In this document: piece by piece, positions 35,645 to 45,454 of the stretch
Numbering within the stretch: position 1 is the first letter of the stretch
Layout: every line of letters begins with the position of its first letter
From: an uncultured delta proteobacterium
GTDB taxonomy: Bacteria; Myxococcota_A; Polyangia; Fen-1088
DNA: 64,000 bases
Direction of reading: 5' to 3'
Assembly (NCBI GenBank): GCA_963767925.1
Contig: CAVYGB010000010.1
Coordinates: forward strand, 1,216,001-1,280,000
Translations under genes and position numbers: made by a program
The notes under the pieces: model-generated
What the model was told of the DNA's origin: nothing
Database searches by the model: none
What the model saw: the letters and a program-made list of their open reading frames with translations, nothing else

Positions 35645-36060
35645 AGGCCGATCTCCGGCTTCAGGTGGTCGAGCGCCCCGGCCGGCTTGGCCCGGCGCGC
35701 GGCGATGGCCCCGTCGGGCGCGCGCGCGATGAGGATTTGGGCGTCGTCGAAGCGCGCCTCCAGGCTGCGGAAGGTCTCGAGCCCCAGGAACTCGCCGAGC
35801 AGCTCGGCCATCTGGACGGCGTAGGCGGCAGCCTCGGGCAAGCTGGGCACGTGGCCGCCGCGCAGGACCTCGCCGCCGGGGCCGAGGAACACGGTATCGG
35901 GCTGGGAGCTGCTGGTGGGCAACGGCGGCGGCTGGGGCGAGGGGGTCAAGAGATCGTCTCCATCGGGGGCAGTGGGGGGCGTCGTGAACGGAACCACGAC
36001 CGACCCTTTGGGTCGCGGGTTCGGGGTCGAGCCATCCGCTGGCGGCGTCTTGAGAGCCAT
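35641..36060 (-). CDS. Hypothetical protein (possible divergent roadblock fold)
   Basis: Good codon usage; translationally coupled to the roadblock gene. Confidence 0.65.
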   Translation of the reverse strand: MALKTPPADGSTPNPRPKGSVVVPFTTPPTAPDGDDLLTPSPQPPPLPTSSSQPDTVFLGPGGEVLRGGHVPSLPEAAAYAVQMAELLGEFLGLETFRSLEARFDDAQILIARAPDGAIAARRAKPAGALDHLKPEIGL

Positions 36061-36368
36061 CGTCGTCGTCGCGGAGGCAGGTTAACCGCGGTGCTGTTAA
36101 CACGGGTCAACGCTAAAGGAAATACTCGGTAACATGGCGAAAAGGCCCGGGTTGTCAGAAGACGCCGCGGCCGCCGGCTTGCGCGCGGCTCGGGGTCCGA
36201 CGGTATTGTCCTGTAACCGCGGGGCCTTTCCGGCGCGCCAGGCTCGGGGCAACGTTTTCGGCCAGCGGCGAACCGGCCAGCCGGGTCGAAAAATGCCGCC
36301 CCAAGTTGTGCCTTGCCCGGGGCGGCCCGCCCTCGTAACCTGCCCCGGTTTCAGAAAGGACCTAGAAG

Positions 36369-36920
36369 ATGCGAAACATCCTCATTTCATCGGCGATCGC
36401 GGGATCGCTGTTCCTGTTCGGTACCGTCTCGGCCCAGCCCCAGGAGCTCAAGGCGCGGCCCAGCCCCGCCGCCAAGGTGAGCCAGCAGATCGGCAGCACC
36501 ATGGTCGAAGTCGAATACAGCAGCCCCGCCGTCAAGAAGCGGAAGATCTGGGGCGATCTGGTGCCCGAGGGCAAGGTCTGGCGCACGGGGGCCAACGCCT
36601 CCACCAAGCTGACCTTCAACAAGGACCTGGTGATCGGCGGCAAGTCGGTCCCCGCCGGGACCTACGCCCTGCTGACCATCCCCACCGGCAAGTCCTGGAC
36701 GGTGATCGTCAACAAGGACACCTCGATCGGCGGCAACATGGACAAGTACAAGGCGGACCAGGACGTGGCCCGCTTGACCGTGGCGCCGAAGGCCATCCCC
36801 GCCCGCGAGCGCCTCACCTTCATCTTCTCCGACGTGACCGACGACGCGGGCACGCTGGACTTCGAATGGGAGAAGGTGCGCGTCTCGATCCCGATCAAGG
36901 CGACTGCCAAAAGCAGCTAA
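36369..36920 (+). CDS. DUF2911 domain secreted protein
   Basis: Signal peptide; RPSPAAKVSQQIG, YSSPAVKKRKIWG.LVP..KVWRTGAN and AGTYALLTIP motifs. Confidence 0.92.
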   Translation: MRNILISSAIAGSLFLFGTVSAQPQELKARPSPAAKVSQQIGSTMVEVEYSSPAVKKRKIWGDLVPEGKVWRTGANASTKLTFNKDLVIGGKSVPAGTYALLTIPTGKSWTVIVNKDTSIGGNMDKYKADQDVARLTVAPKAIPARERLTFIFSDVTDDAGTLDFEWEKVRVSIPIKATAKSS

Positions 36921-36967
36921 GACGTCCAGCTAGCGTGTTCCTGGCGTTCCGCGGGGGACCGGCGCTG

Positions 36968-37014
36968 AAAAAGAAAGAGGCACGGAGGGCAACCTCCGTG
37001 CCTTTCGTCTTTCT
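36968..37014. terminator. Bidirectional intrinsic terminator
   Basis: 11-bp stem AGGCACGGAGG-GCAA-CCTCCGTGCCT flanked by an A-tract and a T-rich tract, between convergent genes. Confidence 0.85.
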
Positions 37015-37023
37015 GGGCGCGGA

Positions 37024-37416
37024 TCAGCTCCGGCGCGCGTGCTTCTGGCTCGGCGAGGTGACCTTGAGCTTCTGGCGGCTGGTGAGCGGGGTGGCAGCCT
37101 TGGACCGGTTCTTCCCGCCCCGGGTCGACTTGCGCGAGGGGCGGTGGGGGGCCAGCGTGTCCTCCAGCTTGTAGACCGCCTTCTTCCCCAGCGAACGGTT
37201 GCGCACGGCCGTCGAGGGCCCGCCGAAGCGGCGCTCTTCCGGGGAGGCCGCCGCGGCCATCCGCTTGGCTGGCGAGGGCGTCCGGTGGCCGCCGGCCTTC
37301 CGGCCGGAGACCCCGCTGGACGACCCATCCGACTTGCCATCCGCTTTGCCGGCCCGCCGGTCTTCCGCCCCGTGGCGCGCCGTGGTGGATTTGAAGCGCT
37401 CTGCTCGTGTAGCCAT
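37024..37416 (-). CDS. Small, very basic hypothetical protein
   Basis: AGGAGG RBS before MATRAERFK; Lys/Arg-rich (RPSRKSTRGGKNR). Confidence 0.72.
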   Translation of the reverse strand: MATRAERFKSTTARHGAEDRRAGKADGKSDGSSSGVSGRKAGGHRTPSPAKRMAAAASPEERRFGGPSTAVRNRSLGKKAVYKLEDTLAPHRPSRKSTRGGKNRSKAATPLTSRQKLKVTSPSQKHARRS

Positions 37417-37541
37417 TCGACCCTCCTGATCTGTCCACTCCGTAATGTAGGGCCGATATCGCGCCCCGTCTTTCCGATCGCCGGTTAACCCCGACGAGGA
37501 CAAGGCCCTACATCCGGGAATGCGACTAGACTGTTTCCGGA

Positions 37542-38075
37542 ATGGCGGACGATCCCGGCGACGCAGAGGAGGACGAAGAGGAGGAGGCGGCGGCTCCTCG
37601 CGGCGAGAAGAACTACATCACCCCCGAAGGCTACAAGAAGCTGGTGGCCGAGCTGGAGTTCCTGCACAGCAAGAAGCGGCCGGAGGTGGTCAACGCCCTG
37701 GCCGACGCCGCCGCCGAGGGCGACCGCTCGGAGAACGCCGAATACATCTACCGCAAGCGCCAGCTCCGGGACATCGACCGCCGCCTCCGCTTCCTGGCCA
37801 AGCGGCTCGACATCGTGCTGGTCGTCGATCCCCTGGAGCGGCCCCGCCGCGACCGGGTCTTCTTCGGCGCCACCGTGCGGGTGGCCGACGAGGAGGGGGA
37901 CGAGCACACCTTCCGGATCGTCGGCTCGGACGAGATCGACAGCGCCACCGGGGCCATCTCCTGGCGCTCGCCGGTGGGGCGGGCCCTGCTGGGCAAGAGC
38001 CTCGGAGACACCTTCACCGTCAAGTACCACGCCGGCACCCGCGAGCTGACGGTCATGGCTATCGATTACGTTTGA
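37542..38075 (+). CDS. greB: Transcription elongation factor GreB
   Basis: NYITPEG, AAAEGDRSENAEYIY, IDRRLRFL, VFFGATV and ISWRSPVGRALLGK motifs. Confidence 0.95.
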   Translation: MADDPGDAEEDEEEEAAAPRGEKNYITPEGYKKLVAELEFLHSKKRPEVVNALADAAAEGDRSENAEYIYRKRQLRDIDRRLRFLAKRLDIVLVVDPLERPRRDRVFFGATVRVADEEGDEHTFRIVGSDEIDSATGAISWRSPVGRALLGKSLGDTFTVKYHAGTRELTVMAIDYV

Positions 38076-38164
38076 GCACCCTGGACGTCACTGGACGTCC
38101 CTCCGGACGTCTCTGAATTTCGGGCCCCTCTCCTGCTCGGGCATACTGCCGATGTAAATCTTCG

Positions 38165-40291
38165 ATGTCGTCCCTGCCGCCCTTCCTGGCCGCCTCGCTG
38201 GCGCTGGCGCCGGAACACCCGTATGGGGCGGTGGGGTTCTTGCTCAACCTGGCGGTCATCCTGTGCGCCGCCGCCATCACCACGGTGCTGTTCCAGAAGC
38301 TGCGCCAGCCGGTGGTCCTGGGCTACCTGCTGGCGGGGTTGATCGTCGGCCCCTACGTCCCGGTTCCGGTGCGGGTCGATGTCGGTGTGGCCCACACGCT
38401 GTCCGAGATCGGCGTCATCCTGCTGATGTTCTCGCTGGGCCTCGAGTTCAGCCTGCGCAAGCTGATGCGGGTGGGGGGCCGGGCCGGCATCGTGGCGGCC
38501 ATCGAGTGCAGCCTCATGGTCTGGCTCGGCTACCTGACCGGCCGGATCTTCGGCTGGACCAACTACGAGAGCCTGTTCGCCGGCGCCCTGGTGGCCATCT
38601 CCAGCACGACGATCATCGTGCGGGCCTTCAGCGAAGGGCGGGCCAGCGGCCAGGTCAACGACAAGCTCCGCCAGATCGTGTTCGGCATCCTCATCGTCGA
38701 GGACCTGATCGCCATCCTGCTGCTCGCCATCCTCACCGCCATCGCCTCGGGCGCCGGGATGTCGGCGGGGGCGCTGGTCATGACCATGCTCCGGCTGATG
38801 GGGTTCCTGGTGGGGCTGGTGGTGGTGGGGCTGCTGGTGGTCCCCCGGCTGGTGCGGGCGGTGGTCAAGCTGGAGCGCAACGAGACGACCCTGGTGACCT
38901 GCGTGGGCATCTGCTTCGCCTGCGCCCTGCTGGCCCACCGCTCCGGCTATTCGGTGGCGCTGGGGGCCTTCCTGGCCGGAGCCCTGGTGGCCGAATCGGG
39001 CGAAGCCCGCCGCATCGAGCACCTCATCGAGCCGGTGCGGGACATGTTCGCCGCCATCTTCTTCGTGGCGGTGGGGATGATCATCCAGCCGGGGCTGCTG
39101 GCCGAGCACTGGCCGGCGATGCTGGTGCTGACCGCGGTGATCGTGACCGGCAAGGTGGTGGCGGTCAGCCTGGCCTCGGTGCTGGCGGGCAACGGGGTGC
39201 GCCTGTCGGTGCAGGCGGGGATGAGCCTGGCCCAGATCGGCGAGTTTTCCTTCATCATCGCCGGGGTGGGCAAGGCCCTGGGCGTGGTGGGCGACTTCCT
39301 CTACCCGCTGGCGGTCGGCGTCTCCGCCCTGACAACCCTGCTCACTCCGTTCCTCATCGGGGCCTCGGGCCGAGCCGCGGCCTACGTCGACGCCCACCTG
39401 CCCCACCGGGTCCAGACCTACGCCAGCTTGTACGAGTCCTGGGTCGAGCGCCTGCGCAACTCGGCCCCCCACCACCAGACCGCCTGGTCCCGCATCCGGC
39501 GGGTGATGGTGCTGCTGGCGGTGGACTTCACCGCGATCGCCGCCATCATCATCGGCGCCGCCCTCGGCATGGACCAGATCATCGCCATGGCAGGCCGGCT
39601 GGGGATGGGACCGGGGGTGGCCAAGCTGCTGGTCATCGTCGCCGCGATGGGGCTGGCCGTCCCCTTCGTGCTCGGGGCCCTGCGGGTCACCCGCACCCTC
39701 GGCTTTCTGCTGGTGCGCGAGGCCCTGCCCGGGCAGGCCAATCAGCTCGGCCTGGCCAGCGCCCCCCGCCGCGCGCTCCGGGTGACCATCCAGATCGGCA
39801 TCTTGCTGGTGGCGGGGACGCCCCTGGTGGCCATCACCCAGCCCCTGCTCCCCTCGATCCCGCTGGCCCTGGTGCTGGCCCTGCTCGTCGTGGGGATGGC
39901 GGTCGTGTTCTGGCGCCGGGCCAACGACCTCGAGGAGCACGTGCGCGCGGGGGCGGAGGTGGTGCTCGAGACGCTGTCGGCGCAGTCCCACTCCGAGCGG
40001 ACCGGGTCCACCGCCATCGCCCGGGTGCGGGGGCTGGTCCCCATCTTCGGCCACCCCAAGGCGGTGCGGTTGCCCCCCGGCGCGCCCGGCGCCGGGCGCA
40101 GCCTCAAAGATCTGAACCTGCGCGGGCAGACCGGCGCCACCGTGCTGTGCATCGAAAGAAATGGTCGGGACGCGATCATGCCCAGCGGCGCGGAGGTGCT
40201 CGAGCCGGGGGACATCGTCGTCCTCGCCGGATCCGAGGAGGCGGTCAGCAGCGCCACCACCCTCCTGACGGTGCCACCCCCGGAGGTGTGA
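38165..40291 (+). CDS. CPA2-family cation:proton antiporter with C-terminal TrkA-C domain
   Basis: VLGYLLAG, MFSLGLEFS, ISST, LIVEDL, LGAFLAG and QIGEFSFI motifs; LNLRGQTGATVL TrkA-C. Confidence 0.92.
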   Translation: MSSLPPFLAASLALAPEHPYGAVGFLLNLAVILCAAAITTVLFQKLRQPVVLGYLLAGLIVGPYVPVPVRVDVGVAHTLSEIGVILLMFSLGLEFSLRKLMRVGGRAGIVAAIECSLMVWLGYLTGRIFGWTNYESLFAGALVAISSTTIIVRAFSEGRASGQVNDKLRQIVFGILIVEDLIAILLLAILTAIASGAGMSAGALVMTMLRLMGFLVGLVVVGLLVVPRLVRAVVKLERNETTLVTCVGICFACALLAHRSGYSVALGAFLAGALVAESGEARRIEHLIEPVRDMFAAIFFVAVGMIIQPGLLAEHWPAMLVLTAVIVTGKVVAVSLASVLAGNGVRLSVQAGMSLAQIGEFSFIIAGVGKALGVVGDFLYPLAVGVSALTTLLTPFLIGASGRAAAYVDAHLPHRVQTYASLYESWVERLRNSAPHHQTAWSRIRRVMVLLAVDFTAIAAIIIGAALGMDQIIAMAGRLGMGPGVAKLLVIVAAMGLAVPFVLGALRVTRTLGFLLVREALPGQANQLGLASAPRRALRVTIQIGILLVAGTPLVAITQPLLPSIPLALVLALLVVGMAVVFWRRANDLEEHVRAGAEVVLETLSAQSHSERTGSTAIARVRGLVPIFGHPKAVRLPPGAPGAGRSLKDLNLRGQTGATVLCIERNGRDAIMPSGAEVLEPGDIVVLAGSEEAVSSATTLLTVPPPEV

Positions 40292-40522
40292 TCGCCTGCG
40301 GAGCCGCCGAGCTTGCTCGGCGCGAAGCTTCGCGGGGGGTGCGGGACCCTCTCAGGGTCCCGCAGTTGATCGCCTGCGGAGCCGCCGAGCTTGCTCGGCG
40401 CGAAGCTTCGCGGGGGGTGCGGGACCCTCTCAGGGTCCCGCAGTTGATCGCCTGCGGAGCCGCCGAGCTTGCTCGGCGCGAAGCTTCGCGGGGGGTGCGG
40501 GACCCTCTCAGGGTCCCGCAGT
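40289..40522. repeat. Three identical 78-bp tandem units, each containing three palindromes (REP/BIME-like)
   Basis: Units start at 40289, 40367 and 40445. Hairpins: GCCGAGC-TT-GCTCGGC, CGCGAAGCTTCGCG, TGCGGGACCCT-CTC-AGGGTCCCGCA. Confidence 0.95.
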
Positions 40523-40524
40523 AG

Positions 40525-40713
40525 ATGCTCATCGAGCGCTTCCTGCGCGACGTGCTGCCCCCCGCCTGACGCGACCTCTTCCGGGCCCGCTTCGTCGCCC
40601 ACCTCAGCCAGTCGGAAGCCGCCACCGCCCTCGGCAAGCGCCGCACCACCCTCGCCTACCAGGAGCTCCGCATCCGCCACCTCCTGCGCAAGTTCCTGCA
40701 CGAGCAGGCCTGA
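40525..40713 (+). pseudogene. Fragment of a sigma70 region-4-like HTH protein with an internal stop
   Basis: MLIERFLRDVLPPA*RDLFRARFVAHLSQSEAATALGKRRTTLAYQELRIRHLLRKFL; in-frame TGA at 40567. Confidence 0.6.
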
Positions 40714-40754
40714 CCCAGGGGCGGATTTGCCCGAGACTCCCGCGCCCCCGCTGC

Positions 40755-40801
40755 CCGTTCGCCCTCGCCCCGCGAAGCGGGGAGAGGGAGGGGTGAGGGG
40801 G
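40755..40801. repeat. REP-like hairpin element, copy 1
   Basis: CCGTTCGCCCTCGCCCCGCGAAGCGGGGAGAGGGAGGGGTGAGGGG; both ends recur at 56664-56958. Confidence 0.7.
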
Positions 40802-40824
40802 CTCCGGCCAAACCGATCGGTGCT

Positions 40825-41313
40825 CTAGCGCCGGCGGCTGGACATGGCCCGGTCGATCTCGCGCTGGGCTTCGCGCTTGCGGGTGTCCTGGCGGCGGTCG
40901 TGTTGCTGCTTGCCGTGGGCCAGGCCCAGCTCGACCTTCACCCGGCCGTGCCTTTCGTAGAGGGAGAGCGGGACCAGGGTGTAGCCCTTCTCCCGCACCT
41001 TGCCGGCCAGCCGATCGATCTCGCCCCGGTGGAGCAGCAGCTTGCGCTTGCGCCGGGGGTCGTGGTTGCGGGCATGGGCGAAGGGGTAGACGCCGATGTC
41101 CATCTGGTGCAGCCAGGCCTCGCCCCCGTTCAGATCGGCGAAGGCGTCGAGCAGGGTGACCTTGCCGCCCCGGATCGACTTGACCTCCGAGCCGGCCAGC
41201 ACCACCCCCGCCTCGACGGTCTCGTCGATCTGGTAGATGTAGCGCGCCTTCCGGTTCTGGGCGAGCAGCTTGGGCTCGTCCTTGTCCGCCGACCCCTTCT
41301 TTTTCCTGACCAC
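40825..41313 (-). CDS. smpB: SsrA-binding protein
   Basis: QNRKARY, EAGVVLAGSEVKSIR, NHDPRRKRKLLLHRGEI and GKQQHDRR motifs. Confidence 0.97.
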   Translation of the reverse strand: MVRKKKGSADKDEPKLLAQNRKARYIYQIDETVEAGVVLAGSEVKSIRGGKVTLLDAFADLNGGEAWLHQMDIGVYPFAHARNHDPRRKRKLLLHRGEIDRLAGKVREKGYTLVPLSLYERHGRVKVELGLAHGKQQHDRRQDTRKREAQREIDRAMSSRRR

Positions 41314-41355
41314 GGCCGGGAAGAGTACCCCGTTTCGGGGCGCGGCCCGGGGCGA

Positions 41356-42930
41356 TTACTTCTCGCCGGGCATCCGGTAGCCGCCGCCGTATTCGCCGCC
41401 CCAGGCGGGCAGACCGGCCTGCGGGGCCCGCTCCTGGGCGGCGCGGGCCCGGCGCAGGTAGGCGGGCGTGTCGTATTCGCTCTCCTCGATGCCGAGGTCG
41501 TCGCTCGGCAAGGCGGGGCCGTTGCCCGCCGCCCGCCGGCCGTTGCCTTGGGCGAGCCCGCCGCCGTTGCTCGACAGCGGAGAGGGGACCGCCGGCCGGA
41601 TGGGCCGCTCGTTGGCCCCCGCCCAGTCGCCGCTGGGAGCCACCGAGACGTGGGCCGTGAGGGGCGCGTGCACGAAGGAGCCCCCGGTGGGGTAGTTGTC
41701 GTGGGGCACCTCGGCCTGGTCGATCTCCCCGGAGATGGCGTGGCTGTAGGGGGTGCCGAGGGGCGAGGCGGGATACGGCGTTGTCGAGGCGGTCTGGGCG
41801 ATCGACGCCGAGACGGGCGGACCGTAGCCGGGCGGGATGGGGGCGTAGGCCACCGGCTGGTGGGCGTAGCCCGGGGGCGGGTGGTTGGGCACCGCCATCT
41901 GGTGCACGTCGTGAGGCCGCCGCACGCCCAGGCCGGTGCGGCTGGAGGAGTGGGGCTGCACCTCGGTGGCCAGGCGCGACTGGAACCCGGTGGCGATCAC
42001 GGTGATGCGCACCTCGTCGCCGCAATTGGGATCGATCACCGAGCCGAAGATGATGTTGGCGTCGGGGTCGGCCGCCTCCTGGATCAGGCTGCAGGCCTCG
42101 TTGACCTCGGCCAGCGTCAGGTCGGCGCCGCCCGTGATGTTGACCAGGATGCCGGTGGCGCCGTTGATCGACACGTCCTCGAGCAGCGGGGAGTTGATGG
42201 CCGTCTCGGCCGCCTCGATGGCCCGCTTGTCCCCCACGCCGCGGCCCGAGCCCATGAGGGCCCGGCCCATGCCGGTCATGATGGTGCGGACGTCGGCGAA
42301 GTCGACGTTGATGAGCCCGGGGACCATCACCAGGTCGCTGATCCCGCGGACGGCGTTGAGGCAGACGTTGTCCACCATGGCGAACGACTCGCGCATGGTC
42401 ATCTTCATGCCCGCCAGAGCCACCAGCCGGTCGTTGGGGATCACGATGAGCGCGTCGACCGACTTGCCGAGCGACTCGATGCCGGAGTTGGCCTTCTTCT
42501 TCCGCTGCAGCCCCTCGAAGGTGAAGGGCTTGGTCACGACGCCGACGGTGAGGGCGCCCATGTCGCGCGCCACCTGGGCGATGACCGGGGCGGCGCCGGT
42601 GCCGGTGCCTCCGCCCATGCCCGCGGTGACGAACACCATGTCGGCTCCCGCCAGCACGTCGGCCAGCCGGGCGGCGTCCTCGATGGCGGCGGCGGCGCCG
42701 ATCTCGGGGTTGGCGCCGGCGCCGAGCCCCTTGGTGAGGCTGCGGCCGATCTGCACCTTGGTGGGCGCCAGGTTCGTCTCGAGGACCTGCCCATCGGTGT
42801 TGGCGGCGATGAAGTCGACGCCCTGGATGCCGGCCTCGATCATCGTGTTGACGGCGTTGCCTCCGCCGCCACCCACGCCGACAACCTTGATCTTCGGTCC
42901 GAGCAGCCCTTCGTCAGCGAATTCCAGCAT
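41356..42930 (-). CDS. ftsZ: Cell division protein FtsZ
   Basis: [26 protein letters not shown] and C-terminal YDTPAYLRR motifs. Confidence 0.98.
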   Translation of the reverse strand: MLEFADEGLLGPKIKVVGVGGGGGNAVNTMIEAGIQGVDFIAANTDGQVLETNLAPTKVQIGRSLTKGLGAGANPEIGAAAAIEDAARLADVLAGADMVFVTAGMGGGTGTGAAPVIAQVARDMGALTVGVVTKPFTFEGLQRKKKANSGIESLGKSVDALIVIPNDRLVALAGMKMTMRESFAMVDNVCLNAVRGISDLVMVPGLINVDFADVRTIMTGMGRALMGSGRGVGDKRAIEAAETAINSPLLEDVSINGATGILVNITGGADLTLAEVNEACSLIQEAADPDANIIFGSVIDPNCGDEVRITVIATGFQSRLATEVQPHSSSRTGLGVRRPHDVHQMAVPNHPPPGYAHQPVAYAPIPPGYGPPVSASIAQTASTTPYPASPLGTPYSHAISGEIDQAEVPHDNYPTGGSFVHAPLTAHVSVAPSGDWAGANERPIRPAVPSPLSSNGGGLAQGNGRRAAGNGPALPSDDLGIEESEYDTPAYLRRARAAQERAPQAGLPAWGGEYGGGYRMPGEK

Positions 42931-43006
42931 GTGACTCCCTCATCCTCTGTCGTCTCATGGCCCCGTCGCCGAGGCCAATTTTCGAATGTTTTTTCTGGAC
43001 CCGCGC

Positions 43007-44240
43007 TCAGAAGGCCGCCGAGATGGCCTTGCGAACGCGGCCCCAGATGCCGGCTCGCGGCTGGGCGGTCAGCAATTTCTCCGCGTGCCCGGCCTGCTGG
43101 CTGGCCCCGTACTGGACCAGCCCGACGCCGGTGGCGAACCCCGGGGCCTTGACCACCTCGGCCAGCCCGCCCACGCCCTTGGGCGAGCCCAGGCGCATGG
43201 GCAGCCCCAGGATCTCCTCGCCCAGCTCGACCATGCCGGGCAGCTGGGTGGCGCCCCCGGTGAGGACCGCGCCCGAGGCCAGCAGGTCCTCGCAGCCCAG
43301 GCGGGCGATCTCTGCCTTGATGAGGGAGAAGATCTCCTCGACCCGGGGCTGCACGATGTCCCGGCACAACATCTGGCGCGACAGCACGCGGGGGGCCCGG
43401 CCGCCCACCGAGGCCACCTCTATGACCTCGTCGTCGCGCACCATGCTGGCCAGGGCGCAGCCCCAGCGGTGCTTGATCTTCTCGGCCTCGTGCGGGGGCG
43501 TGCGCAGCCCGAAGGCGATGTCGTTGGTGAGCTGGTGCCCGCCGATGGGGATGACGCTGGTGTGGGCCACCGCCCCCTCGGTGAAGACGGCGATGTCGGT
43601 GGTGCCGCCGCCCACGTCGATGAGCGCGACGCCCAGGCCCTTCTCGTCCTCCTCGAGGACCGCTTCACCCGAGGCCAGCGGCTCGAGCACGATGTCGATG
43701 ACCTCGAGGTCGCAGCGGTGGCAGCACTTGATGATGTTCTGGGTGGCGGCGGCGGCGGCGGTCACGATGTGCACCCGCGCCTCGAGGCGCACGCCACACA
43801 TGCCGAGCGGCTCGCGCACCCCGTCCTGCCCGTCGATCTTGTACTCCTGGGGCAAGCACGTGGACGATGTGCCGGTCGACCGGCAGGGCGATGGCCCGGG
43901 CCAGCTCCAGCACCTTGCTGACGTCGGAGGCGCGGACCTCCTTGTCCTTGACCGCCACCGTGCCCGTCGAGTTGACGCCCTTGATGTGGCCGCCGGCGAT
44001 GCCCACGTAGACCTGGGAGATCTCGCAGCCCGACATCCCCTCCGCCTCGGCGATGGCCTGGCGGATGGCCGCCACCGTCGAGTCGATGTTGACGATCACC
44101 CCCTTTTTCAGGCCCCGCGAGGGGTGGGTGCCGATGCCGATGATGTCGAGACCCTCGTCGGTCACCTCGCCCACGACCGCGGCGATCTTGGTGGTGCCGA
44201 TGTCCAGACCCACGATGATGTCCGAGCTGCGTTTCGCCAT
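43007..44240 (-). CDS. ftsA: Cell division protein FtsA (one-base frameshift at about 43854)
   Basis: The GLDIGTTKI N-terminus is in one frame; PQEYKIDGQ...DVGGGTTD...VLTGG is in the next. Located between ftsQ and ftsZ. Confidence 0.95.
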
Positions 44241-44252
44241 GAGACCCCTCGA

Positions 44253-45383
44253 TCATTCCGTCGGATGCGATGCGCTTACGTTGGCCAGCCTGGCCTTTTC
44301 CATCGGGAACCCGCCGCGGGCCCCCGCCCCTTGCCCCCTCGGCGCGGGCGACCGGGCCGCCTGCGCCTCGCCGCGGGCCTCGGAGAAGTCCGGCACGTGC
44401 AACCGCACCGGGACCTTCCGGAGATCGCTGCCGTCCAGGTGAACCACCCGGATCGACGCAGGATCGGCGCCGCTCACCTTCACAGCTTCGAAGATCTGGT
44501 CGAGCCTCGCCAGTTTTCGCTCGTACTCCTGGCGGCCGAGGCGGATCTCCGCCCCTCCCTCCAGGAGGAACAGCGTGAACCCGTAGCGCGGGCTCATGTT
44601 CAGCTCACCCACCTCGGGGCGGCCCGGCTGGGCCCGGTAGCTGGCGAGGATCCCCAGCCCCTCCCGGAACACCGCCTCGCTGGCCGAGCGGTGATCGACG
44701 TATTGCGATCGCTCGAGCCCGGTCAGCACCGGCAGGCCGTCGGCCTCGGTCATGCTCGCGCGCTTGAAGGGCCGCCCGCTCTCGTCGACCAGGTACAGCC
44801 CGCCGAGGTTCACGGTGGCGACCGCCCGCCGCTCGACGATCTCGAAGCGCAGCACCGAGGGCAGGCGCCGCCGCACCCGCACCTCCGCCGCCCAGGGATG
44901 CTCCGCCACCCGGGCGGCGATGGCGTCGGTGTCGAGCTTGAGCAGGCGATCCCCCTCGGCCACCTGGGCCAGGGTCATGATCTCGTCGGGCGTGATGCGG
45001 GTGGTGGCCGAGATCTCCACGTTCCGCAGGGCGAAGCGGGCCGACCCGGTGATGTGCTCGATGCCGAGCCGCCCTCCCCCCAGCAGCAGGGCCAGCAGCA
45101 GCAAGAGGAGCAGCACCTTGCCCACCACCCGCGCCGCCCGGTAGATGGCCCCGCCCAGCGCGGCGATCCCCTCGGCGACGAACAGCAAGGGCGCGCCCGC
45201 CTGCACCTTCACACGGCGGTTCTTTCGCCCGCGCCCTTTCCATTTGAAGGTCCGGGTCGATTGATCGATCTCGAAAGTGGCCGCGTTTTCGCTCACGGAG
45301 GCGCGTCCCAACATCACCCGACCCGCCCCAACCCACAAATTTTCCCCCTGTTGCGGCGGTCCCCGAAAAGGTGGGACTTTCAC
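44253..45383 (-). CDS. ftsQ: Cell division protein FtsQ/DivIB (start uncertain, probably further downstream)
   Basis: KNRR basic patch, TM, POTRA (HPWAAEVRVRRRLPSVL), LYLVDESG and LPVLTG motifs; dcw position. Confidence 0.88.
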   Translation of the reverse strand: MKVPPFRGPPQQGENLWVGAGRVMLGRASVSENAATFEIDQSTRTFKWKGRGRKNRRVKVQAGAPLLFVAEGIAALGGAIYRAARVVGKVLLLLLLLALLLGGGRLGIEHITGSARFALRNVEISATTRITPDEIMTLAQVAEGDRLLKLDTDAIAARVAEHPWAAEVRVRRRLPSVLRFEIVERRAVATVNLGGLYLVDESGRPFKRASMTEADGLPVLTGLERSQYVDHRSASEAVFREGLGILASYRAQPGRPEVGELNMSPRYGFTLFLLEGGAEIRLGRQEYERKLARLDQIFEAVKVSGADPASIRVVHLDGSDLRKVPVRLHVPDFSEARGEAQAARSPAPRGQGAGARGGFPMEKARLANVSASHPTE

Positions 45384-45454
45384 CTACCTGGACCGGACGG
45401 CGTCGCGCGCGAAGGCCGCGCCTGCCGGATCTCCGGCGGTGAGCGCGGGACGCC

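Noticed and set aside
40289..40522. CRISPR array
   Set aside because: Units are identical and contiguous, with no unique spacers and no cas genes in the window.
40714..40825. tmRNA (ssrA) next to smpB
   Set aside because: No tRNA-like ends and not enough space. I recognised no tRNA or rRNA genes anywhere in the window.
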